NCBI GenBank assembly: GCA_902599105.1
Contig: CACKDY010000002.1
Span: 38,717-102,716 of the forward strand
Direction of reading: 5' to 3'
Origin: an uncultured Pelagibacteraceae bacterium
Lineage (GTDB): Bacteria > Pseudomonadota > Alphaproteobacteria > Pelagibacterales > Pelagibacteraceae
Length of the DNA stretch: 64,000 nucleotides
Shown here: one piece after another, positions 8,307-20,376 of the stretch
Position numbering within the stretch: position 1 is the first letter of the stretch
How the letters are laid out: each line of letters opens with the position of its first letter
Notes under the pieces: model-generated
Told to the model about the DNA's origin: nothing
The model's database searches: none
The model's input: the letters and a program-made list of their open reading frames with translations, nothing else
Program-made: the position numbers and the translations under genes

Positions 8307-9548
8307 TTAACTAAATCTAAGCGAACTATATGGTTTTAAATCTAAATTTGTATTTTCGTTCGCTATCATTCCTGAAACAATCTTTCCAGAAATTGGACCC
8401 AAAGTCCATCCTAAATGATGATGACCAAAACAGTAATAAATATTTTTATAATTTTTTGATGGTCCCATGACAGGTAAAAAATCAGGTAAAGTAGGTCTAA
8501 ATCCTAACCATTCATCCTCATGTTCAGGCAAATCACCAAGCATATATTTTGCATTATTTATCAAATTTTTAATTCTTGATTTAGACAATGGATTATCCAA
8601 GCCTCCAAATTCTACTGTTCCCACAACTCTTAACCCTTGTTCCATTGGTGTTATTCCAAATCCACGATTAGAAAATATTACGGGTCGACTTAATAAATGA
8701 TCACAGTTTTTGAAATGAACATGATATCCACGCTCTGTATCTAAAGGTATTTGTTCACCAAGATTATCTGTTAATTTTTTTGAAAAAGCCCCACAGGCTA
8801 TTACCGCTTTATCAAAAACATAACTTTGAGTTTCAGTTTTAAAAACTGGTTTTTCTTCATCAAAATTAATATCTTTAATATTTACTTTATTAAACTTTCC
8901 ACCCTTTTGTAAAAATAAATCGAATAATTTTAAAAGAATTCTTTTAGGGTTTCTTGCATGTCTTGCATAAGGATAATATACACCAGCATGGTAAAATGGT
9001 TTGATATGAGGTTCAAGATCATGAATTTCTGCTTTATTAACTAGTTGTTGTTCCACACCCAATTCATCTCTAACTCTTATTTCCAATTCTCTACTTTTCA
9101 AGTCTTTATCATTCCATATATATAGAATACCTTTATTTTCTACTAAACCCTCCAAGTCTATTTCCTCAAACAACTCATCATAAGCTGGAAGTGCCAAATC
9201 TAAAATTTGATGCATATTTTTTGCAGTATGCATCATCTTAGTTTTAGTGGTATTCATTATAAATTTTAAAAACCAAGGAAGCATTTTAGGAACATAATTC
9301 CATTTTAAAGCTAGAGGACCTGAGGAACTTATTAACATAGCTGGAACATCTGCTAAAACATCGGTTCTATTTAAAGAAAGAGATGCATACGGCGAAAAGT
9401 GTCCTGCATTACCATAAGAGGCTGCTTGACTACCTGGGTTATCTCTATCAAAGATAGTTACATTAAAACCTTTTTTTTGAAGAAATAAAGCATTGGATAC
9501 ACCTTGGATACCTGCACCAACTATTCCAACTTTAAGATTTTTATTCAT
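8307..9548 (-). CDS. FAD-dependent D-amino acid dehydrogenase/oxidase (DadA-like)
   Basis: GAGIQG, ASYGNAG, ERGYH, GFRPTLPD, FGHHHLGWTLGP; start set at ATG 9548. Confidence 0.88.
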   Translation of the reverse strand: MNKNLKVGIVGAGIQGVSNALFLQKKGFNVTIFDRDNPGSQAASYGNAGHFSPYASLSLNRTDVLADVPAMLISSSGPLALKWNYVPKMLPWFLKFIMNTTKTKMMHTAKNMHQILDLALPAYDELFEEIDLEGLVENKGILYIWNDKDLKSRELEIRVRDELGVEQQLVNKAEIHDLEPHIKPFYHAGVYYPYARHARNPKRILLKLFDLFLQKGGKFNKVNIKDINFDEEKPVFKTETQSYVFDKAVIACGAFSKKLTDNLGEQIPLDTERGYHVHFKNCDHLLSRPVIFSNRGFGITPMEQGLRVVGTVEFGGLDNPLSKSRIKNLINNAKYMLGDLPEHEDEWLGFRPTLPDFLPVMGPSKNYKNIYYCFGHHHLGWTLGPISGKIVSGMIANENTNLDLKPYSSLRFS

Positions 9549-9611
9549 CAAATTGTTATACAATTAAAAATTAAATTTATAGAGTGACAAATTATGCAAA
9601 TTTAAATAATG

Positions 9612-10736
9612 TTAAGCAATAATTTGTTTATTATTAATTTTTGCACTCAATACTATCCCAAAACCAATCATTGTTGCTAACATTGATGAACCACCATATG
9701 ACATGATTGGTAGTGGAGAGCCAACTATAGGTAATAAACCTAAAACCATGGATAGATTTACAACAATATAAATAAAAATTGCAAAAGCATATCCAAAACA
9801 AAAAAGTCTGGCAAAATTACTTCTTGAAATAGATCCTATTCTAACAATTCTAAAAATTATTATTGAGTATAATATTAGAAGTCCAACCGAACCTATAAAC
9901 CCAAACTCTTCAGAGAATAAGGTGAATATAAAATCTGTATGTTTTTCAGGTAAAAAATCTAAATAACTTTGTGTACCTTTTAAAAAGCCTTTTCCATTAA
10001 GACCGCCTGAGCCAATGGCTATTTTTGATTGTATAATTTGGTATCCCGCACCCAAAGGGTCTCTATCTGGGTCTAAAAAAGTTAGTATTCTAAGTTTTTG
10101 ATAAGGTTTTAAAAATGAAATTATAAATGGGAGTGAAATTAAAAAAGTAAAAAATGAATAAATAAAATATTTAATTTTTACTCCTCCTAACCAGAGTATA
10201 ATCAATCCACTTAATGCAATAAGTATTGAGGTACCAAGATCAGGCTGAGAAACTACTAAGATAGTAGGAATTAATATAACCGACAATACAATAGTAATAC
10301 TTGTGAATGAATTTACATTCTCTATTTTTAATCTATGATAATATTTTGCAAGACACATTATAATTGCTATCTTCATTAATTCAGAGGGCTGAAGTACAAA
10401 AAAATATACATCCATCCATCTTTGCGAACCCGAAGACTTAATCCCAAAAAAGGATACATAGATTAGTAAAAGTATTACTATAAAATAAATTATATATGAA
10501 ATGTTATGCCAAAATTTTATATTAAAGAAAGCTACAAAAATCATTAATGGAAAAAAAGCAGCAAGTTTTACAAAATGATTTTTAGTATGAAAAAGTGCTT
10601 CGCCTCCATCAGTAGAATACATAACAAAAACACTTATTACAGAAAGAACGATAACTGAAATTAACAAGATATAATCTAAGTTTTTAATTTTTTGAATTAA
10701 TGTAATTTCATTATTTAATCTATTGTGTTGAAACAT
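9612..10736 (-). CDS. rodA: Rod shape-determining protein RodA
   Basis: QPSELMK, QPDLGT, GAGYQIIQSKIAIGSGG, PEKHTDFIF. Confidence 0.96.
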   Translation of the reverse strand: MFQHNRLNNEITLIQKIKNLDYILLISVIVLSVISVFVMYSTDGGEALFHTKNHFVKLAAFFPLMIFVAFFNIKFWHNISYIIYFIVILLLIYVSFFGIKSSGSQRWMDVYFFVLQPSELMKIAIIMCLAKYYHRLKIENVNSFTSITIVLSVILIPTILVVSQPDLGTSILIALSGLIILWLGGVKIKYFIYSFFTFLISLPFIISFLKPYQKLRILTFLDPDRDPLGAGYQIIQSKIAIGSGGLNGKGFLKGTQSYLDFLPEKHTDFIFTLFSEEFGFIGSVGLLILYSIIIFRIVRIGSISRSNFARLFCFGYAFAIFIYIVVNLSMVLGLLPIVGSPLPIMSYGGSSMLATMIGFGIVLSAKINNKQIIA

Positions 10737-12659
10737 TTATATTGTAATCCTCTCAAAATTTGATTGTTTGTTTCTTAATTCGTGTCTATCAATAATTAAT
10801 TTAAATAGTTTCTTTGCAATTGGTGCTGCTGCCTTACTTCCTGAGCCACCATGTTCTACAATTATACTTAAAGCATATCTTGGATTTATATAAGGACCAT
10901 AAGCAACATATAATGCATGGTCTCTGTCTTTGTAAGGTATTTGCTCTAATTCTAAATCTAATTCTCTTTCTCTTTTACTTATCCTCTTAACCTGCGCTGT
11001 GCCAGTTTTTCCTGCAAATTGGTACTTAGGGTCGTCAATTCTTGATTTGTAAGAGGTTCCAAATCTTTCATTGGTTGAACTGAACATTGCCTCTTGAATA
11101 ATTTTAATATTTTTTTTATCTTTAAATAACTTTTTGTCTAATAGAGCGTCAGAGTTAGAGTCAAATAACAATCCACTTTCCATTGACTGTTTTGCATCTT
11201 CATAAGAAATTGGACTGCTATCAACAATTATTTTAGGCTTAATCGCATATCCACCATTTGCAATTTGTGCTGTCATCATACAGAGTTGTAAAGGCGTTGA
11301 TTGTATGTAGCCTTGACCAATCCCAGTTATAAGTGTTTCTCCTAATACCCATCCCTTACCAAGATTATTTTTTTTCCATTTTGTATTTGGGAATAGCCCT
11401 TTTTTCTCATTATTAAAGTATTCACCAAGTACTTTTTTACCTAAACCAAACTTTTCAGCTGTTATATTTAATCGATCAACACCTAACAATCTTGAAACTT
11501 CATAAAAATAAGTGTCACAGGATTGCTTCATTGCATTTTTCAAGCTAACCCAGCCGTGTCCTTTTTCCTTCCAACAATGAAATGTTTGTCCGTACAACTC
11601 CATCTTTCCTGTGCACTTAACTTTAAACTTTGTGTCAACAACGTTGTTTTCTAAAGCTGAAAGAGCAACTATTGGTTTTATAGTTGAACCTGGGGAGTAC
11701 AAGCCTGAAAGAGTTTTATTAATCAACGGTTTTAAAGGGTTATTTCTAATTAACTGCCATTCATCTTGACTTATACCGAATAAAAATAAGTTCGGATTGT
11801 AAGATGGAGATGAATACATTGCAATTATATCTCCTGTATAAATATCCATTACGCTTATTGATCCTGCTTTTTCATTTAACAATTCCCCGCAAGCTTTTTG
11901 TATTTCCGTATCTAAAGTTAAACGTATTTTTGATCCTTGTTGACCTTTTTGATGCTCAAGTTGATTAATTCTTTTACCATAAGCATTAACTTCATATCGT
12001 TGAATTGCATTAGTTCCAATTAAATGATTTTCTAGTCTTTTCTCTAATCCTAGTTTTCCAATTTTCATCCCAGGTACAAATCTTTCTTGAATGATTTGAT
12101 TGTTTAAAATTTCTTCTTCATTTGGTTGACTCACATATCCAAGAACATGTGTGTAAATATCATTAAATGGATAGTTTCTAGAGATTGTCATTACTGGTTT
12201 AACACCCACAAGATCATATAAATAATTATTAATTTTTACGAATTGACTCCATGTTAAATTTTCAGAAACAATAATACTATCCCACGGTTTTAGCTCTTCT
12301 TTTAATCTATTTATTCTTGCAATTTTTTTATCACTCAAATTTAAAAGATTTTTTAATCTAACTAATAAATAATTGAAATTTTCAACTTGCTCAGGAATTA
12401 TATGTAATTGGTAAACTTTCAAATTACCTGCAATCACATTTCCAAAATAATCAACTATATTTCCTCTTGTGGGTGGAAGTTTCCATTCTCTAATTCTATT
12501 CTTGTCTGAAAGAGTGAGATATTTCTTATTTTCGTTTATTTGAAGAGAAAATAAACGGGCAATGATGCCAGCAAATACTACTACTTTAGCTGCTCCGATT
12601 ATGAACATCCGCCTATTAATTACATCTGTTTTTCTTATTCCTGAATTAGATTTGATCAT
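10737..12659 (-). CDS. mrdA: Penicillin-binding protein 2
   Basis: PGSTIK (SxxK), SCD, KTGT; mre operon context; start probably ATG 12659. Confidence 0.95.
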   Translation of the reverse strand: MIKSNSGIRKTDVINRRMFIIGAAKVVVFAGIIARLFSLQINENKKYLTLSDKNRIREWKLPPTRGNIVDYFGNVIAGNLKVYQLHIIPEQVENFNYLLVRLKNLLNLSDKKIARINRLKEELKPWDSIIVSENLTWSQFVKINNYLYDLVGVKPVMTISRNYPFNDIYTHVLGYVSQPNEEEILNNQIIQERFVPGMKIGKLGLEKRLENHLIGTNAIQRYEVNAYGKRINQLEHQKGQQGSKIRLTLDTEIQKACGELLNEKAGSISVMDIYTGDIIAMYSSPSYNPNLFLFGISQDEWQLIRNNPLKPLINKTLSGLYSPGSTIKPIVALSALENNVVDTKFKVKCTGKMELYGQTFHCWKEKGHGWVSLKNAMKQSCDTYFYEVSRLLGVDRLNITAEKFGLGKKVLGEYFNNEKKGLFPNTKWKKNNLGKGWVLGETLITGIGQGYIQSTPLQLCMMTAQIANGGYAIKPKIIVDSSPISYEDAKQSMESGLLFDSNSDALLDKKLFKDKKNIKIIQEAMFSSTNERFGTSYKSRIDDPKYQFAGKTGTAQVKRISKRERELDLELEQIPYKDRDHALYVAYGPYINPRYALSIIVEHGGSGSKAAAPIAKKLFKLIIDRHELRNKQSNFERITI

Positions 12660-13170
12660 TTTTTTGATATGAAATTCTTCCATTTAAAAAATTAAAAATT
12701 ACAAAAAATATTGGATAAAATAAAAAGGTAAATCCAGAATTAATTAAATAATTAGTGTAATCAACTTTAATTAAAAAGACTAAATCCAAAATAATTACTT
12801 GGATTGAGTTTATTAGTAAAATTGTAAATAATAATGAAATCCAGTCCTTCATAAAGTTTGGAGTTAAAGTAATATTTCTTATGTAAGCGGTTACTGAGCA
12901 AAGAATAAGATAACAAAAACTACTAATTCCTATTGGTATTCCAACCACAACATCATTAATTAAACCTGCAAAGAAAATTGCAAGATAACCTAATTGATCA
13001 GGATTTCTTAAAGTCCAAAAAAAAATTAATAAATGAACAAAATTAAAAGCAAAATAATCGAGTTTTAAATAATTAAAATCAAATTCATTAAATACAGAAA
13101 AAAATAATATTATTAAAGGAAGATAAGACAAGAGTATTCTTGAAAAAGAGCTTTTGTTAAGAGATGACAT
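12646..13170 (-). CDS. mreD: Rod shape-determining protein MreD
   Basis: Hydrophobic, F..GL..D...G.P.G motif; between mreC and mrdA. Confidence 0.85.
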   Translation of the reverse strand: MSSLNKSSFSRILLSYLPLIILFFSVFNEFDFNYLKLDYFAFNFVHLLIFFWTLRNPDQLGYLAIFFAGLINDVVVGIPIGISSFCYLILCSVTAYIRNITLTPNFMKDWISLLFTILLINSIQVIILDLVFLIKVDYTNYLINSGFTFLFYPIFFVIFNFLNGRISYQKNDQI

Positions 13171-14018
13171 TATTCTTCTCCACCAGATTTATAAGAGACT
13201 ATTTTTACGTAACTCAACTGAGTAAAATCAGAAAAGAAATTGACAACTCCATTTGAATTTATATTCATTTTTCCAATTGGAATCCCGGGTTTAAATAAAC
13301 CTCCAAGACCGGAGGTATAAACTACTCTTTCTTTTTCATTTATATCTTTTTTAGAAACGTACTGAGTATGTTCAATTATTCCGTAATTTTTTCCTGTTCC
13401 AGAAACAACGGTTTGCACATCATTTGGAGCTAATACAGAGGGTATTTTGCTATTAAGATCAGATAACAACAATGCTCTTGAGTTAGTATAATTTATTTCA
13501 ATTATTTGTCCAACGAGATAAGCGCCATCAATAACGGCCATTCCAATTTTTACTTTATCTTTTGTGCCTTTATTTAATACTACTGATTTTAAATATGGAC
13601 TGTCTTTATCAATTAAAACTTTGGCAAATATTTCTTGTGAATTTATACTTTCATCAAGTAACTCTCTAAGCCTTTCATTTTCTGAAGTTAAAAACTCATT
13701 TTGTAATTTAAGTTGGTTAGAATTTTCTACTTCAATCAATTTTTTCTGATGATTTTCATATAAACTAATATGTGATTTTAGTTTAGAATTTATTTCTTTT
13801 AATTTATTTTCCGGAATTGATGCAATATAAGAAGATCTATAAATTACTTCATTGATTCCTAATTTAACAAATTGTATTGCTTTAAAATTGAAATTACTTA
13901 AAACAATTACAAAAATTGACAAAAAAATTAAAGTTAGTAAAGAAAATTTTTGTTTATCTTTTTTTTTTAAAAAAGCTGACCTTATGGCAATTATAAAATC
14001 ATCTCTGCCGGTAGCCAT
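13170..14018 (-). CDS. mreC: Rod shape-determining protein MreC
   Basis: ENERLRELL, LVGQI, TSGLGGLFKPGIPIG. Confidence 0.93.
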   Translation of the reverse strand: MATGRDDFIIAIRSAFLKKKDKQKFSLLTLIFLSIFVIVLSNFNFKAIQFVKLGINEVIYRSSYIASIPENKLKEINSKLKSHISLYENHQKKLIEVENSNQLKLQNEFLTSENERLRELLDESINSQEIFAKVLIDKDSPYLKSVVLNKGTKDKVKIGMAVIDGAYLVGQIIEINYTNSRALLLSDLNSKIPSVLAPNDVQTVVSGTGKNYGIIEHTQYVSKKDINEKERVVYTSGLGGLFKPGIPIGKMNINSNGVVNFFSDFTQLSYVKIVSYKSGGEE

Positions 14019-14023
14019 TTTTC

Positions 14024-16629
<2,606 letters not shown>

Positions 16630-16650
16630 AACTAAATTTTTAGAAAATCT

Positions 16651-16678
16651 ATAATACAATCTATAAGAGAGATTGCAA
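16651..16678 (-). promoter_or_regulatory. sigma70-like promoter for leuA-mreBCD-mrdA-rodA
   Basis: TTGCAA-N16-TATTAT, 21 nt upstream of the leuA ATG. Confidence 0.5.
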
Positions 16679-16730
16679 AATAATTAGTTAAATAATCAAT
16701 TTTAATGGACCATTTTAGGCTTATAAAAAA

Positions 16731-18413
16731 TTAATTATAAATAGACTCAATTTTGGGCATTAATCTTAAAAGTTCTCTTGTGTATTTATGGCCGGGTTTT
16801 GAAAATAAATCCTCAGTGTTTGAAACTTCACATAATTTACCATCTTTTAAGACTCCAATTCTATCGCACATTTGTCTTACAACTGGTAAATCATGGCTTA
16901 TAAATAAAATTGTTAAATTTAATTGCTCTTGAAGATCTTTAAGTAAATTTAATATTTGCGCTTGAATACTTACATCCAAAGCAGAGGTAGGTTCGTCACA
17001 AACTAAAAGTCTTGGTTGTGTAGCAAGTGCTCTTGCTATTGATATTCTCTGTCTTTGTCCTCCTGAGAATTCATGTGGATATCGATATGCAGATTTTTGA
17101 TTTAATTCTACAGACTCCAATAAATCATAAATATAATTATTTAAATCTATATTTGATATTGACGGGTTATGAAGTGTGATCGGTTCTGAAATTATATCTT
17201 TTACTTTTAATCTTCCATTTAGTGAAGAATAAGGATCTTGAAATATCATTTGAATTTGTTTTCTAAATTTCATTAATTCAGACTTCTGTTTAATTTTTGT
17301 TATACAAACATTGTCAAAGAAGATATCTCCAAAAGAAGGTTTAAATAAATTTACAATCATTTTAGCAATTGTAGATTTTCCACTTCCACTTTCTCCTACT
17401 AAGCCAAAAGATTCGCCCTCTTTTATTTCAAATGAAACATTATTAACAGCCATCACAGAATTTTTAGAATTTTCTGTAAAAAAATTATCATCAAAACTTT
17501 TACTAAGATTTTTTACCTGTACTAAATCTTGATCTATTATTTCTTTTTTTGTCCATCTATTTAATATTTTGATATTATTTTCTTTTTTACTATTGTTTTC
17601 TTTTTCAACTATTACAAATCTTGAAATTTTTTTATTAGTTGGTGGAACCGAACTTACTAAGCTTTTAGTATAATTTTCTTGTGGTTTAATTAATATTTTT
17701 TTTGTTTCACCAATTTCAACTAAATTGCCACTTTTCATAACTGCAACTCGGTCTGCAGTCTCAGCTATAACGCCCATGTCATGTGTAATTAAGATAACCG
17801 CAAGATTTCTTTCTTTTGTTAATTTTTTAATTAGTTCTAAAATCTGAGATTGAATTGATACATCTAATGCTGTTGTTGGTTCATCTGCAATTAATAATTC
17901 TGGCTCACAACATAGCGCTAAAGAAATTACTACTCGCTGTCTCATTCCACCTGAGAATTGGTGAGGATAATTATGAAACCTTGTTTCTGCATCTTTTATA
18001 CCAACCTCTTTCAGTAGATTTATAGATCTATTTTTTGCTTCATCTTTACTTAATTTGAGATGAGTTTGAATTGTTTCAATTAATTGTTCACCTACAGTAA
18101 GAATTGGATTTAGTGAAGTTTGAGGATCTTGGAATATCAATCCAATTTTATTTCCTCTATATTTAAGAATACTTTCAGAATTTTCATGAATGTTAATATC
18201 ACCTAAAATAACTGAACCACTAGAAACCTTGCCTGGTTCATCTATTAAATTTATAATAGCGTTTCCTACTGTACTTTTTCCTGAACCAGACTCACCAACT
18301 AATCCTAAAATTTCTCCTTTATTTACCTCAATATTTACATTCTTAGCAGCATTAACTGTTTCTTTTCTCATTTGATAATCAACACTAAGATTATTTATTT
18401 TTAAAAATGTCAT
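16731..18413 (-). CDS. Peptide/nickel-type ABC transporter ATP-binding protein (fused DppD-DppF)
   Basis: Two GESGSGKS Walker A motifs, FSGGMRQR / FSGGQRQR; start set at ATG 18413. Confidence 0.93.
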   Translation of the reverse strand: MTFLKINNLSVDYQMRKETVNAAKNVNIEVNKGEILGLVGESGSGKSTVGNAIINLIDEPGKVSSGSVILGDINIHENSESILKYRGNKIGLIFQDPQTSLNPILTVGEQLIETIQTHLKLSKDEAKNRSINLLKEVGIKDAETRFHNYPHQFSGGMRQRVVISLALCCEPELLIADEPTTALDVSIQSQILELIKKLTKERNLAVILITHDMGVIAETADRVAVMKSGNLVEIGETKKILIKPQENYTKSLVSSVPPTNKKISRFVIVEKENNSKKENNIKILNRWTKKEIIDQDLVQVKNLSKSFDDNFFTENSKNSVMAVNNVSFEIKEGESFGLVGESGSGKSTIAKMIVNLFKPSFGDIFFDNVCITKIKQKSELMKFRKQIQMIFQDPYSSLNGRLKVKDIISEPITLHNPSISNIDLNNYIYDLLESVELNQKSAYRYPHEFSGGQRQRISIARALATQPRLLVCDEPTSALDVSIQAQILNLLKDLQEQLNLTILFISHDLPVVRQMCDRIGVLKDGKLCEVSNTEDLFSKPGHKYTRELLRLMPKIESIYN

Positions 18414-19345
18414 TTTTTTAATTTTGGATTTAAAGTATCCCTCATCCAATCCCCTAATAAATTTATTGAAAATGCTAAAATAACTAAGAAAATTGCTGGA
18501 AAAAAAGTAATCCACCATTCGCCTGAAAATAAGAAGTCATTACCAAGTCGTATCAATGTCCCTAAAGAAGGTGTTGTTGGAGGTACTCCAACTCCTAAAA
18601 AACTTAAAGTAGATTCGGCTAAAATAGCAAGTGCTAGACCAATGGTTCCAATAACCAACACTGGTCTTAAAATATTTGGTAAAATATGTTTAAACATAAT
18701 AATTATATTTGAAACCCCAATTATTGTTGATGCTGAAACATAATCTTTATTTTTTTCTACTAAAGTTGCAGCTCTAGAAACTCTTGCAAATTGTGGCCAC
18801 TCTGAAATCCCGATTGCAAATATTAAAACATAAATTGCCATTTCATCATGCATTTCTCTTGAGATTAATCCTCTTGCTATTCCGTCAACCAATAATGCCA
18901 TCAAAATACTTGGTACTGTTAACTGAACATCTGTTAATCTCATTACTATCATTTCGTATTTTCCACCAAAAAATCCAGCCGTTAATCCCAATCCAACTCC
19001 AAGAATCAAACTAAAGATTATTGCAGAAAAACCTACAATCAGAGAAATTCTGCATCCGTATAAAATTGTAGACAACATATCTCTTCCTTGTCCATCAGTA
19101 CCTAAAATAAATTTAGCCAGACCATCTTCTGTCCATGATGGTGGTGTGAATGCATCCATCAGTGATAGAGATGACGGATCAAAAGGATTGTAGGGCGTAA
19201 TGAGCTCAACAAAAAAAGAACAGAAAAAAATTATAAACAAAATAGTAGATGATACAATTGCCGTAGGAGATTTAATAAAGCTATGAAATACGTCACTATC
19301 TTTAATCCTTTCCCAATTGCTTAATGATTTGTTATCCACTTGCAA
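18410..19345 (-). CDS. Peptide ABC transporter permease (DppC-like)
   Basis: LGTDGQGRD, KHILPN, LSFLGVG. Confidence 0.92.
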   Translation of the reverse strand: MQVDNKSLSNWERIKDSDVFHSFIKSPTAIVSSTILFIIFFCSFFVELITPYNPFDPSSLSLMDAFTPPSWTEDGLAKFILGTDGQGRDMLSTILYGCRISLIVGFSAIIFSLILGVGLGLTAGFFGGKYEMIVMRLTDVQLTVPSILMALLVDGIARGLISREMHDEMAIYVLIFAIGISEWPQFARVSRAATLVEKNKDYVSASTIIGVSNIIIMFKHILPNILRPVLVIGTIGLALAILAESTLSFLGVGVPPTTPSLGTLIRLGNDFLFSGEWWITFFPAIFLVILAFSINLLGDWMRDTLNPKLKK

Positions 19346-20315
19346 TATCTCCCTTAACTCTTATTCTTGGATCAATTAAATAATAAAGAATATCTACTAT
19401 AAAATTTATCATCACGAAAACAAAAGCTATAAAAACCAAATATGCTGACATGATTGGTATATCGACGAATTGTACTGCTTGAATAAATAAGAAGCCCATA
19501 CCAGGCCATTGAAAAACAGTTTCAGTAATAATTGAAAACGCAATTAGAGTTCCAATATTTATTCCTGCTATAGTTATTACTGGTATCAATCCATTTTTTA
19601 ATGCATGTTTGTATTTAATACTATTTTCACCAATGCCTCGCGCACGTGCAAATTTAATATAATCTGTTTGTAATATTTCCATCATTTCTGCACGAACAAG
19701 TCTGATGATGTAAGTCATTTGGAAAAGGCTTAATGTTACTGAGGGAAGTATAATTGCTTTAAGTCCAGAGACTGTTAAAAATCCTGTCGTCCAAAAACCT
19801 AAATCAACAACTTCTCCTCTTCCAAAAGAGGGTAATATTCCTAAGATTACTGCAAACAAATATATAAATAATATACCAATTACAAATGTGGGGAGTGAAA
19901 CCCCCAACAAGGAGACTGCCAAAACAAAATCACTTAAAAAGCCTTTTCGGTTTATGCCAGTATAAACTCCTAATAATGTACCAGTTATTAGAGCAATTAA
20001 TGCAGAAATAACAACAAGTTCGATAGTTGCAGGCAATCTTTCAACTATTAATTCTGAAACAGGTCTTCTTAATTGATATGAAATTCCAAACTCGCCCTTA
20101 GAAGCATTAACTATAAATCTTGAAAATTGAACATGAATTGGATCCATCAAACCTAATGTTTTTCTTAATTCTGCTCTTTCCTCATCAGAGGTCTCTTCTC
20201 CAACCATGTTATTAATTGGATCTCCAACAAAATTAAATAATGAAAAAGACACAAAGGCGACAACCAACATCACCAATGCAGATTGAAACAATCTTTTAAA
20301 AAAATAATTTATCAA
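19332..20315 (-). CDS. Peptide ABC transporter permease (DppB-like)
   Basis: RLPATIEL, YIKFARARG, ETVFQWPGMG. Confidence 0.92.
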   Translation of the reverse strand: MINYFFKRLFQSALVMLVVAFVSFSLFNFVGDPINNMVGEETSDEERAELRKTLGLMDPIHVQFSRFIVNASKGEFGISYQLRRPVSELIVERLPATIELVVISALIALITGTLLGVYTGINRKGFLSDFVLAVSLLGVSLPTFVIGILFIYLFAVILGILPSFGRGEVVDLGFWTTGFLTVSGLKAIILPSVTLSLFQMTYIIRLVRAEMMEILQTDYIKFARARGIGENSIKYKHALKNGLIPVITIAGINIGTLIAFSIITETVFQWPGMGFLFIQAVQFVDIPIMSAYLVFIAFVFVMINFIVDILYYLIDPRIRVKGDIASG

Positions 20316-20332
20316 TTTGTGAAGGTATTAAC

Positions 20333-20366
20333 TTACAAGCCCTTTAAAAATTAAAAGGGCTTGTAA
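20333..20366 (-). terminator. Intra-operon hairpin after the binding protein gene
   Basis: Perfect 13-bp inverted repeat TTACAAGCCCTTT / AAAGGGCTTGTAA; no long U-run on the minus strand. Confidence 0.65.
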
Positions 20367-20376
20367 TAAATTTTAA

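Noticed and set aside
18414-18518. Extended starts from the ORF track (ABC ATPase here; also deacetylase, mrdA, leuA, glyQ, pal, mrp)
   Set aside because: They overlap upstream genes or promoters; downstream ATGs fit the family N-termini or SD sites better
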